From: a virus
Taxonomy: Duplodnaviria; Caudoviricetes
Virus record (IMG/VR): IMGVR_UViG_3300017650_000017
Coordinates: 1 to 40,858 of that record
Length of the DNA stretch: 40,858 bases
Strand: one strand, 5' to 3'
Part shown: piece after piece, positions 15,650 through 23,407 of the stretch
Position numbering within the stretch: position 1 is the first letter of the stretch
How the letters are laid out: every line of letters begins with the position of its first letter
Notes under the pieces: model-generated
The model's input: the letters and a program-made list of their open reading frames with translations, nothing else
Told to the model about the DNA's origin: nothing
Databases searched by the model: none
Position numbers and translations under genes: made by a program

Positions 15650-15664
15650 GAACATAGCGAGAAC
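15650..15664 (-). promoter_or_regulatory. Alphaproteobacterial LexA box
   Basis: GAAC-ATAGCGA-GAAC (GTTC-N7-GTTC on the minus strand), 36 bp upstream of the ATG at 15613. Confidence 0.7.
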
Positions 15665-15817
15665 AATGAGTTAAGTGTGCTTGGCGGGTGCGCTCATGTG
15701 GATGTCAAGTAAAAAGTTCACTTGCGCTTGCAAGCTGCCGAAATCTATGCGATAAATGTTGTTCGTCATGCGCCGTTTCGAAGCAGGCGCCGACTGCCCT
15801 CATCCGTAAAGCGTCCA

Positions 15818-15860
15818 CAAACAAAAAGAGGCCCGCACCCTTGCCGGGGTAGCGGACCTC
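15818..15860 (-). terminator. Minus-strand intrinsic terminator
   Basis: GAGGTCCGCTACCCC-GGCAA-GGGTGCGGGCCTC-TTTTTGTTT; the G-U pair works only on the minus strand. Confidence 0.7.
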
Positions 15861-16008
15861 GTGACCCAACCCCTGATCAAAGCAGGAGCGGTTCTGTGGA
15901 ACACGAGAACCTATTTGCGCGCCTTGCGCCACATCGAATTTTTGCGCGTTTCAGTTCCAGTCGCTTAGGTCCGTTCGGCTCATCCGATTTGTCAGTTCGG
16001 GGGGCGCC

Positions 16009-16410
16009 ATGATCACCCATGCACCCGGTCCATTCGAGCGAATGATTCGGCGGATGTGCGAGAACATTGGGGATTGGTTAGACCGCCGAGCAGTGCGCGA
16101 GTTGGTGGCTCAGGGCCACGTTTCGTGCCCGGCCCCGCTGCCTGCCAGGCCAGTCGAATTGGAGCCCGTGCGGGCCACGGTGCCCCAGGTGGCCCACCCC
16201 AGTAAAACCAAGTCATCCAGGGTGGCCCGCAAGCCTGCGAAGCGTCCGGCTCAAACGAGCGAGCAAAAGGTGGTCGATAGCATCGTGAGGGCCATTGCCG
16301 AGGGCCGGGCATCAGGGTCACAGCGTGAGATAGCGCGAAGCTACAACGTGGGCCGAACGACAGTGCAGAGGGCACAGCGCATGGCCCGTGAATTGGTCGA
16401 GATGCACTAG
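16009..16410 (+). CDS. Protein with C-terminal HTH
   Basis: SQREIARSYNVGRTTVQRA after a Pro/Ala/Lys-rich linker. Confidence 0.7.
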   Translation: MITHAPGPFERMIRRMCENIGDWLDRRAVRELVAQGHVSCPAPLPARPVELEPVRATVPQVAHPSKTKSSRVARKPAKRPAQTSEQKVVDSIVRAIAEGRASGSQREIARSYNVGRTTVQRAQRMARELVEMH

Positions 16411-16427
16411 GGCTGGGGGAAGGTCAC

Positions 16428-16961
16428 ATGGGACAAGCGAATGCCCGGACGTTTTATCCCGGCGAGATAAGCCGGGATGGCGTTCTCTCAATGATCCGGA
16501 GTGGGACGGATACTTTCGACATCGCTAGGCGGGCTGGGGTGCGGGAGGCAGATGTTTACAACGCTCTCGTCGTGGAGTGCACGCATCAATGCCGCAAGAG
16601 CCGACGAGGGCGGAAGGCTGGCAGTGGGCTGCTTGTGCTTCTGGATGGTGAGGCTGTCAGCGTGGCGGAATGTGCCCGCCGTACCGGATTATCGGACGCG
16701 ACCATTCGCAAGCGCTGGCGGTCTGGGTGCCATTCATTCCGAAGTGGGGAAGGGCCGGCGCGCAGAGGGCGGCGCCACGCGAAGCGTTACAACCTCGACG
16801 GAGAGATGCTGACGTTATCCGAATGCTCTGAGCGGCTCGGCATGTCGAGGCATACATTGGCCGCTAGGGTCAAACGCGGCTGGCCAGAGAACTACCTCCC
16901 TGGGAAGCGTGGGCGCACTGCGGGCAAGGCAACTGACCGCCATGCCAACACTGCGGCCTAG
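16428..16961 (+). CDS. Multi-HTH DNA-binding protein
   Basis: DTFDIARRAGVREADVYNAL plus two repeats: LDGEAVSVAECARRTGLSDATIRKR and LDGEMLTLSECSERLGMSRHTLAARVKRGW. Confidence 0.7.
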   Translation: MGQANARTFYPGEISRDGVLSMIRSGTDTFDIARRAGVREADVYNALVVECTHQCRKSRRGRKAGSGLLVLLDGEAVSVAECARRTGLSDATIRKRWRSGCHSFRSGEGPARRGRRHAKRYNLDGEMLTLSECSERLGMSRHTLAARVKRGWPENYLPGKRGRTAGKATDRHANTAA

Positions 16962-17175
16962 CCAAAAGCGTGACCCTGTGCACGTCACCGACAGGCAGCA
17001 ATTCGAGGGTGACGACCCGCTCTGGCAGCCCAGCTCATGGCGGATCGTGACTCTCTCAACGGGCAAATCCGTGAAGGCTGGTCTTATGGGCGGCACACGT
17101 GCAAAGCGTGAAGCGTGGCTTGAGGCGTGGGAGCGGCGGTTGATCGAGAAGGCAGAAGCCGAGGCGGTGGAATGA
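16942..17175 (+). CDS. Hypothetical protein
   Basis: Fills the gap; stop overlaps the ATG of the NusG-like gene. Confidence 0.55.
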   Translation: MPTLRPSQKRDPVHVTDRQQFEGDDPLWQPSSWRIVTLSTGKSVKAGLMGGTRAKREAWLEAWERRLIEKAEAEAVE

Positions 17176-17870
17176 GCGAGAGCTTCGTTTGGTACATGTT
17201 CCGCTGCGAGCCACGTCACGAGCTATCGGTTGGCAGGCAGCTCATGCGAGGCGGGATTTACGTATTCGTGCCTCGGCGCATTGAGCGAGTGCGGTCGGGG
17301 GTGGGCGGGCGACGAGGCCCGAAGGTGACGCACAAGCCGATTGCCGCCCACGGCTATGTGTTCGTGGCTCGGGATAGAGAGACCCCGAACCTGCACGATC
17401 TGGCACCGTTCCGAGCGCTGAAGTCGCCGGTCGGGTTCGGCGGCATCCCGGTCCGGATATCCAATGCGACCATGCGCAACTGGTCGGTCCAGCTCACCCG
17501 CGAAGAATCTGCCGCCCCAGATCACGGATTGAAGAAGGGTGACGCCGTGATCATCAAAGAGGGCCCGTTCGCAACCTTCCCCGGCGTCGTTGACGAGAGC
17601 GCGGGGGCGCTGGTCAAGGTGCTGGTCGATATCTTCGGCAGGTCAACGCCTGTGTGGATTGGTGCGGAGGATGTCGAGACGCCAGAGCAGCGTTCAACCA
17701 GAATGGGAGCCGCTGCGCGTAGACTATTGACGAATCAGTCTAAAAGTGCAATACACGAATCACACCGACGCAAGCGTGTCCATGTCGCGTCGAGACATAG
17801 CGAAATTCATTCGCATTCTCAGGCGGTTAGCCTGCATCGCGGTGGAGAGTCTGGCTTTTCCGAAGGGTAG
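17172..17870 (+). CDS. NusG-family late antitermination factor (NGN + KOW)
   Basis: WY.FRCEP.HE, VFVP, GYVFV, KOW LKKGDAVIIKEGPFATFPGVV..VLVDIFGRSTPV; occupies the Q position. Confidence 0.9.
   Translation: MSESFVWYMFRCEPRHELSVGRQLMRGGIYVFVPRRIERVRSGVGGRRGPKVTHKPIAAHGYVFVARDRETPNLHDLAPFRALKSPVGFGGIPVRISNATMRNWSVQLTREESAAPDHGLKKGDAVIIKEGPFATFPGVVDESAGALVKVLVDIFGRSTPVWIGAEDVETPEQRSTRMGAAARRLLTNQSKSAIHESHRRKRVHVASRHSEIHSHSQAVSLHRGGESGFSEG
17727..17755 (+). promoter_or_regulatory. Candidate late promoter (pR'-like) inside the 3' tail of the NusG-like gene
   Basis: TTGACG at 17727 in a locally AT-rich stretch; -10 weak. Confidence 0.35.
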
Positions 17871-17897
17871 TTCGTTCGGATTATGCCGCGCCACCAA

Positions 17898-17935
17898 GCC
17901 AACCCGGCCATAGCGTGCCGGGGTTTTGGCGTTTC
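17898..17935 (+). terminator. Candidate tR'-like terminator
   Basis: CCCGGC-CATAGCGT-GCCGGG followed by GTTTTGGCGTTT. Confidence 0.55.
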
Positions 17936-18034
17936 ATGAGTCAAAATGACTCAGGTTAGCGGCTCTCGCTCTGCGATCCGCGTCTCAAGACCTCGCAAGA
18001 GGCCGCCCGGAATGATCGCCGGGCGCACCAATTC

Positions 18035-18110
18035 GCCTGTGTAACTCAGTCGGCAGAGCAGCTGATTTGTAATCACCAGGTCGGGGGTTCGATTCCCTCC
18101 GCAGGCTCCA
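18035..18110 (+). tRNA. tRNA-Thr (anticodon UGU)
   Basis: 76-nt cloverleaf: GCCTGTG/CGCAGGC acceptor, TT-TGT-AA loop, GGTTCGATTCC T-arm, encoded CCA. Confidence 0.92.
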
Positions 18111-18199
18111 CCCAATTCCGCCCTTCCTCACACCAACACACCCCGACCAAACCGCATCATGCAAACAGCGGGCGACAGGTTGGTGAGGACGGCTGAATA

Positions 18200-18493
18200 T
18201 CACTCTGCCGCCACCTTGGCGGATAGCTGCACACCAAGCGCCTTCAACACTCCGAGTAGAGTGCTAAGCCGCGGGTCGCCTTCTTCACTGAGAGCTTTGT
18301 AGAGCGCAGACCTGCTTAGCTCTGCTTCATCGGCAATGCTACTCATGCCGCGCGCACGAGCAACGACGCCAAGAGCATTCGCGATATAGATTCGGTTCCC
18401 GGTCTCGAATGCGTCGGCAAGTAGCTCAGCCTGAGACTTAGGGTCATCGAGATATTCCGAGGCGTCGAAGACGGTCGTTTTTTTCTTTGGCAT
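18200..18493 (-). CDS. Addiction-module antitoxin (HI1420/HigA-like HTH)
   Basis: FDASEYLD...ALGVVARARGMSSIA..AELSRSALYKALS..GDPRLSTLLGVLKALG. Confidence 0.93.
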   Translation of the reverse strand: MPKKKTTVFDASEYLDDPKSQAELLADAFETGNRIYIANALGVVARARGMSSIADEAELSRSALYKALSEEGDPRLSTLLGVLKALGVQLSAKVAAE

Positions 18494-18786
18494 CACTCCA
18501 ACTCCCTGGCCAGATTCTTGGCCTTTGCAATGTCACGGCTCTGGCTGCCCTTATCGCCGCCGCACAGCAGGATCACGAGAGTGGAGCCGCGCTGAGCGAA
18601 ATAGAGGCGGTAGCCGGGGCCGAAGTTGACGCGAAGCTCGCTGACACCCTCGCCTACCGGCTTGACGTCTCCGAGAAGACCGGACTGCACGCGCACGATG
18701 CGCTGAGCGATCTTCTTAGCCGCGGCCTTGTCCTTCAGGCTGCGGAGCCAATCGGCGAATTCGGATGTTTGGCGAACCTCGATCAT
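18493..18786 (-). CDS. RelE/ParE-family toxin (HI1419/HigB-like)
   Basis: F.DWL..LKD..A..KI..RI.R...G.LGDVKPVGEGVSELRVNFGPGYRLYF...LLCGGDKGSQ.RDI. Confidence 0.93.
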   Translation of the reverse strand: MIEVRQTSEFADWLRSLKDKAAAKKIAQRIVRVQSGLLGDVKPVGEGVSELRVNFGPGYRLYFAQRGSTLVILLCGGDKGSQSRDIAKAKNLARELE

Positions 18787-18832
18787 GTGTCCACTATAGA
18801 CGACACATTCGGCGGCGTCAACTATAAACGAC
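18787..18832 (-). promoter_or_regulatory. TA promoter/operator (leaderless toxin mRNA)
   Basis: TTGACG(18821-18816)-17-TATAGT(18798-18793), 6 nt before the ATG; two related palindromes TGTCCACTATAGACGACA and CGTCAACTATAAACGACA. Confidence 0.8.
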
Positions 18833-18871
18833 AGGAGAATCGCATGAAGTCCCGCAAAAAGCCGGTCGTGA

Positions 18872-19003
18872 ATGACCATGCTCCGCTGGTTGAATGAGCC
18901 CGTAGAGATCACACAGCCGCGGTGGATGAACGTCATCGCCGGCTTGGCCGTTATCGCGGTGAACCTAAATCTCTTGATCTGGGTAGCAGCTCATCTGCTC
19001 TGA
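18872..19003 (+). CDS. Possible 43-aa membrane peptide
   Basis: MTMLRWLNEPVEITQPRWMNVIAGLAVIAVNLNLLIWVAAHLL; manually found. Confidence 0.35.
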   Translation: MTMLRWLNEPVEITQPRWMNVIAGLAVIAVNLNLLIWVAAHLL

Positions 19004-19121
19004 CAGTGCACGACTGGCAACCACCTATGCCCCAAGTCTCTGACTACGACGCAGGCCACTGGGAGCTCGAGAACGAAATCCTCCGCGAGCTCGGCGCCCC
19101 GACTCGGGAAGTGGACGAGCC

Positions 19122-19262
19122 ATGAGCCGCCCCATCAACTACCTCACCGACATCATCGCAGAGCTTCATAAGATCGCGCTCCAGGCCGGGTATCAAAACC
19201 TAGCAAGGGTGCTCGGCTTTGCGTTGGGTGAGGCGAGAAAGCAGAGAGATGACGAAGCGTAA
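19122..19262 (+). CDS. Small helical hypothetical protein (46 aa)
   Basis: MSRPINYLTDIIAELHKIALQAGYQNLARVLGFALGEARK; overlaps the terS start. Confidence 0.5.
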   Translation: MSRPINYLTDIIAELHKIALQAGYQNLARVLGFALGEARKQRDDEA

Positions 19263-19779
19263 GCAGGCCGCACCGAAAACAAAGAAGTCGTCTGCCACAG
19301 CGAAGAAGCCCATGGGGCGTCCGAGCGGGTACAAGCCGGAGTATGCGCGTGTTGCCGCGAAGCTTTGCAAGCTAGGTGCGACAGACCCTGACCTCGCCGA
19401 AGCGTTCGGCGTCAACACCACAACCATCTGGCGCTGGACGTCTGCCCACGAGGACTTCTGCAACGCCTTAAAGGTCGGGAAGGCACATGCCGACGACAAA
19501 GTCGAGCGAAGCCTTTTCCAAAAGGCCGTTGGCTACACCTACGACAGCGAGAAGGTTTTTCAGTTTCAGGGCGAGGTCGTCCGGGCGCAAACCCGAGAGC
19601 ATGTGCCACCTGATACGACAGCCTGCATCTTCTGGCTGAAGAACCGTCGCCGCGATGATTGGCGAGACAAGCTGGATCACGAGCACACTGGCAAGGATGG
19701 AGAGAAGCTTGCGCCGACGATCATTCAGTTGGTGCCGGTAAGCACCACGAATGACCACAGCGCAAGTCCGTCTGCCTGA
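19249..19779 (+). CDS. terS: Terminase small subunit
   Basis: GRPSGYKPEY, LGATD..LAEAFGV..TI..W, PPDTTACIFWLKNRR..WRDK. Confidence 0.92.
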   Translation: MTKRKQAAPKTKKSSATAKKPMGRPSGYKPEYARVAAKLCKLGATDPDLAEAFGVNTTTIWRWTSAHEDFCNALKVGKAHADDKVERSLFQKAVGYTYDSEKVFQFQGEVVRAQTREHVPPDTTACIFWLKNRRRDDWRDKLDHEHTGKDGEKLAPTIIQLVPVSTTNDHSASPSA

Positions 19780-20992
19780 AAAGCTCGTCCCGATATTTTC
19801 GCCCCCTCGTGGGTCTGTTCAGTACCGCGCGGCGTTCGGCGGTCGCGGTAGTTCGAAGTCGGTCAGCTTCGCTCTCATGGCGGCCGTCTGGGGCTATGCG
19901 GAGCCGCTTCGGATACTTGCCACCCGAGACATACAGGTCAGCATCAAGGAGTCATTCCACGCCGAGTTGAAAGGGGCGATTGAGATGCACGACTGGCTGG
20001 CCGGCCACTATGACGTTGGCGTCGATTACCTGCGGGGACGGAACGGGACCGAGTTCATCTTCCGCGGCCTGCGCCACGGCGTCACGACGATCAAGTCTCT
20101 CGCCAAGATAGACCTGACGGTAGTTGAGGAAGCGGAGGACGTCCCAGAGTCGTCATGGTTGGCCCTGGAGGCAACCGTGTTCCGGCAACCAAAGTCCGAG
20201 CTGTGGGCAATATGGAATCCGAGGTCGCCGGAATCCTCTGTCAACAAGCGGATGAGGCAGGCGCCTCCACCAAATGCGCTTATCACCGAGATCAACTGGC
20301 AGGACAATCCGTTCTTCCCGAAGGGGCTTGATGATCTTCGCCGTCGCGAGCAAGAGCGCTTAGACCCGAACACTTACGCGCACATCTGGGAAGGTGCGTA
20401 TCTCACAAATTCAGATGCGCAGGTGCTCGGGGGCAAGTGGCGCATCGCCGAGTTCGAGCCGCAGCCCAACTGGGATGGGCCGTATCAGGGCGGCGATTTC
20501 GGCTTTGCCCAAGATCCCACCGCGGCAGTCCGCTGTTGGGTTAACAGCGACACGCTTCTTGTAAGCCACGAGTGCTTCAAGCAGCGCCTGGAGCTTGATG
20601 ATTACGCGAGCGCCCTCGCGATCATTCCTGAGTTTGAGCGGTATGTTACGCGGTGGGATAACGCCCGACCGGAGAACATTAGCCACCTCACCCGGCACGG
20701 CCTCCCAAGGTCTCAGGCGGTTGCGAAGTGGCCCGGGAGTCTTGAAGACGGCATCGCGTTCCTCAGATCATTCAAAGAGATTGTGATCCACCCACGCTGC
20801 GTGAACCTCATTCGTGAGGCTCGCCTTTACAGCCACAAGGTGGACAAGAAGACGAACGACGTGCTGCCGGACATCGTGGACGCTCACAACCATGGCTGGG
20901 ATGCTGTGCGGTACGCCGTGACGCCGATGATCAAACGCCGCACATCGCCCACCGCCATCGTCGGCACATGGGGCAGAACAGCTAATGGCTGA
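19751..20992 (+). CDS. terL: Terminase large subunit (PBSX/SPP1-type, headful)
   Basis: GGRGSSKS, VEEAE, WNP, GDFGFAQDP, NHGWDAVRYA. Confidence 0.95.
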   Translation: MTTAQVRLPEKLVPIFSPPRGSVQYRAAFGGRGSSKSVSFALMAAVWGYAEPLRILATRDIQVSIKESFHAELKGAIEMHDWLAGHYDVGVDYLRGRNGTEFIFRGLRHGVTTIKSLAKIDLTVVEEAEDVPESSWLALEATVFRQPKSELWAIWNPRSPESSVNKRMRQAPPPNALITEINWQDNPFFPKGLDDLRRREQERLDPNTYAHIWEGAYLTNSDAQVLGGKWRIAEFEPQPNWDGPYQGGDFGFAQDPTAAVRCWVNSDTLLVSHECFKQRLELDDYASALAIIPEFERYVTRWDNARPENISHLTRHGLPRSQAVAKWPGSLEDGIAFLRSFKEIVIHPRCVNLIREARLYSHKVDKKTNDVLPDIVDAHNHGWDAVRYAVTPMIKRRTSPTAIVGTWGRTANG

Positions 20993-22523
20993 AAACACCA
21001 ACATGCTCACGCCGTCCGGTGATTACCGGGCGATGCAGCGCTATTGGACGATGGCAACCGATATTCTCGGCGGCGTCGAGTCCATGCGCCGTGCGGGCAA
21101 GAAGTACCTCCCACAGTTCCCGAATGAATCGAGTGCCAACTACCGCCACCGGCTGAAGAACTCGAAGTTCACGAACATCTTCCGGGACATCACGGAGAAC
21201 TTGGCCTCGAAGCCCTTCACGAAGGAAGTGGGCTTGGCCAATGGCTCGGCCCCGGCGCAGATCAAGCGAGTGGTTGAGGACGTAGACCGGGCTGGCAACC
21301 ACCTGCACGTGTTTGCCGCGGAGGTATTCCGGGCTGGCATCCAGAAAGGCCTAGACTGGATACTTGTTGACCACACTCGGTTGCCGGAAGGCGCGACGCT
21401 TGCCGACGAGCGCAAGATGGGTTCTCGCCCGTTCTGGGTGCGCATTCCGGCTGAGAACATGCTTGCCGTCTACTCTGACATGATCGACGGCTCGGAGCAG
21501 TTCGTCTACGCACGCATCGATGAGACGTACACCAGGCGTGTTGGTCTCGATGAGGAAGAAGTACCGTGCGTTCGCGTCCTGGTGCGTGACCCGGTCCTTG
21601 ATGAGCGCGGGAAGCCCATCACCTACGGTCCCGCACGCTTCGAGATTTGGGAGCAGGTCGAGACCGCTGCCGCGCCAGGACGCTCACGTTCTGTCACGTG
21701 GCAGATCGTCGACGATGGCCCGATCACGCTCGGGGTCATTCCGCTGGTTCCGTTCTTCACCGGCAAGCGTGCGCTCGGCACTTGGCGCATCGCCCCGCCC
21801 ATGCAGGACATTGCCGAGCTGCAAGTTGAGCACTACCAGCAGGAAACCAACCTCAAGTCAGCCAAGGAGCTGACCGCCTTCCCCATGTTCACTGGCAATG
21901 GCATCTCGCCCCCCGTGGGCGAAGACGGAAAGCAGATGGTGCTGCCGCTCGGCCCATCGACAGTGCTTTATGCCCCGATGAATGAGAACGGGGTGCACGG
22001 CGAGTGGGGCATCTTGGAAATCAGCGCCGCATCTCTGCAGTTCCTCCAGAGCCAGGTGGAGTCCATCGAGCAGCACATGCGCGAGCTTGGCCGGCAGCCT
22101 CTCACGGCTGGGTCTACGGGCATCACGCAGGTAGCCGCCGCGTTCGCATCGCAGAAGGCTTCGAGCGCTGTGCAGGCCTGGACGTATGCGCTGAAAGACT
22201 CATTGGAGCGCGCTTTCAAATTCACGGCCCAGTGGCTCAGCATCGATCTAGAGCCGACCGTCTACGTCAATTCCGACTTCGCCATTGAGATCGGCTCCGA
22301 CAAGGCGCCGGACGTTCTGCTTCAGATGCACGAGCGCAAGGCCATCAGCACGCCGACGCTGCGCGATGAGATGAAGCGCCGTTCGATCCTTTCGCCTGAG
22401 TTCGACAACGATGAGGAAGACAAGCGGCTGGACGCTGAGCTTCCCAATGAAGACAACGTAATGGACATCACGGCAGCACTGCCACCGCCTGGCAAAGGCG
22501 AAGGCGAGCGGATCGCCGCCTAA
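20985..22523 (+). CDS. Portal protein (DUF4055-type)
   Basis: 512 aa after terL; G..YLPQFPNES...Y..RL, PP..DIA.L..EHYQ. Confidence 0.88.
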   Translation: MAENTNMLTPSGDYRAMQRYWTMATDILGGVESMRRAGKKYLPQFPNESSANYRHRLKNSKFTNIFRDITENLASKPFTKEVGLANGSAPAQIKRVVEDVDRAGNHLHVFAAEVFRAGIQKGLDWILVDHTRLPEGATLADERKMGSRPFWVRIPAENMLAVYSDMIDGSEQFVYARIDETYTRRVGLDEEEVPCVRVLVRDPVLDERGKPITYGPARFEIWEQVETAAAPGRSRSVTWQIVDDGPITLGVIPLVPFFTGKRALGTWRIAPPMQDIAELQVEHYQQETNLKSAKELTAFPMFTGNGISPPVGEDGKQMVLPLGPSTVLYAPMNENGVHGEWGILEISAASLQFLQSQVESIEQHMRELGRQPLTAGSTGITQVAAAFASQKASSAVQAWTYALKDSLERAFKFTAQWLSIDLEPTVYVNSDFAIEIGSDKAPDVLLQMHERKAISTPTLRDEMKRRSILSPEFDNDEEDKRLDAELPNEDNVMDITAALPPPGKGEGERIAA

Positions 22524-22545
22524 CCCATCACAGTGAGCGTTTTCA

Positions 22546-22612
22546 CGTCCTGCCGGGGTGATCTTGGCGGGACGATTTCGGCCGGGATGGCCACCACAAA
22601 TCCGGGATGGAT
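22546..22612 (+). promoter_or_regulatory. Structured scaffold-gene leader: hairpin plus two GGGAU-loop hairpins
   Basis: Stem 22546-22574; GGCC-GGGAT-GGCC 22580-22592; ATCC-GGGAT-GGAT 22600-22612. Confidence 0.5.
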
Positions 22613-22617
22613 GACAG

Positions 22618-23397
22618 ATGTTGAAGGCAATCATCGACACGGTGGACGGTCTGCCCGACGCCGTGAAGGAGCACTACAAGCAGGGTGATGATGGCAAGTA
22701 CGTTCTCACCGTTGAGGCCGTGAATGGCTTCTCTCTAGAGGACGTGACAGGGCTCAAGAACGCGCTCGGTAAAGAGCGCAGCACGCGCGAATCCCTTGAG
22801 AAGGCTGCCGCAAAGTTCAAGGATCTCGACCCGGACAAGGCCCGTGAGGCTCTGGCGAAGCTGGCCGAGTTGTCCGAGATCGACCCGAAGAAAGAAGCCG
22901 ACAAGCTGGCGCAGGTGAAGGTGGATGCCATCAAGGCCCAGCTTCTGGAATCGCACAGCAAAGATATCAAAGCGCGCGATGAGGCGTTGAGCACCTACCG
23001 CAGCCAGATCGAGAAGCTGTTGGTCGACTCTGCGGCCACGGCTGCACTGGCTGAAGCGAAGGGCTCCGTCGATCTGTTGTTGCCTCACATCCGCAACGCG
23101 GCGCGAGTGGTGGAGAAGGACGGCGTGTTTGCCGTTGAGATTGTAAGCCCTGACGGCGCCCCAAAAGTGAACGCCAAGGGCGACAACATGAGCATCAAGG
23201 AACTGGTCGCGGAGATGCGCCAGTCCGATGTGTTCGGCCGCGCCTTTGAGGCGTCCGGCAACTCGGGCACCGGGAAGGGCCCAAGCAACGGGACCGGGGG
23301 AACCGGCCAGTTGAAGCGCAGCCAAATGACCCTGAAGCAGAAGGCGGATTACGTCGCTGAGCACGGTCAAGAGGCTTTCCTGAAACTGCCGAAGTAG
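22618..23397 (+). CDS. Capsid scaffolding protein
   Basis: EDVTGLKNALGKER, coiled coil, Gly-rich tail, KADYVAEHGQEAFLKLPK; precedes the capsid gene. Confidence 0.85.
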   Translation: MLKAIIDTVDGLPDAVKEHYKQGDDGKYVLTVEAVNGFSLEDVTGLKNALGKERSTRESLEKAAAKFKDLDPDKAREALAKLAELSEIDPKKEADKLAQVKVDAIKAQLLESHSKDIKARDEALSTYRSQIEKLLVDSAATAALAEAKGSVDLLLPHIRNAARVVEKDGVFAVEIVSPDGAPKVNAKGDNMSIKELVAEMRQSDVFGRAFEASGNSGTGKGPSNGTGGTGQLKRSQMTLKQKADYVAEHGQEAFLKLPK

Positions 23398-23407
23398 GAG
23401 AACCCCC

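Noticed and set aside
18035-18110. tRNA as prophage attachment site
   Set aside because: Phage genes continue on both sides; no integrase or duplicated 3' end seen in the window
18787-18936. Longer 147-aa toxin start
   Set aside because: Promoter and operators lie in this stretch; family length fits ATG 18786
18844-19125. Stop-codon read-through joining MKSRKKP... (18844) to the 18922-19125 frame
   Set aside because: The fused product has no recognisable features; separate tiny ORFs or insertion debris are equally plausible
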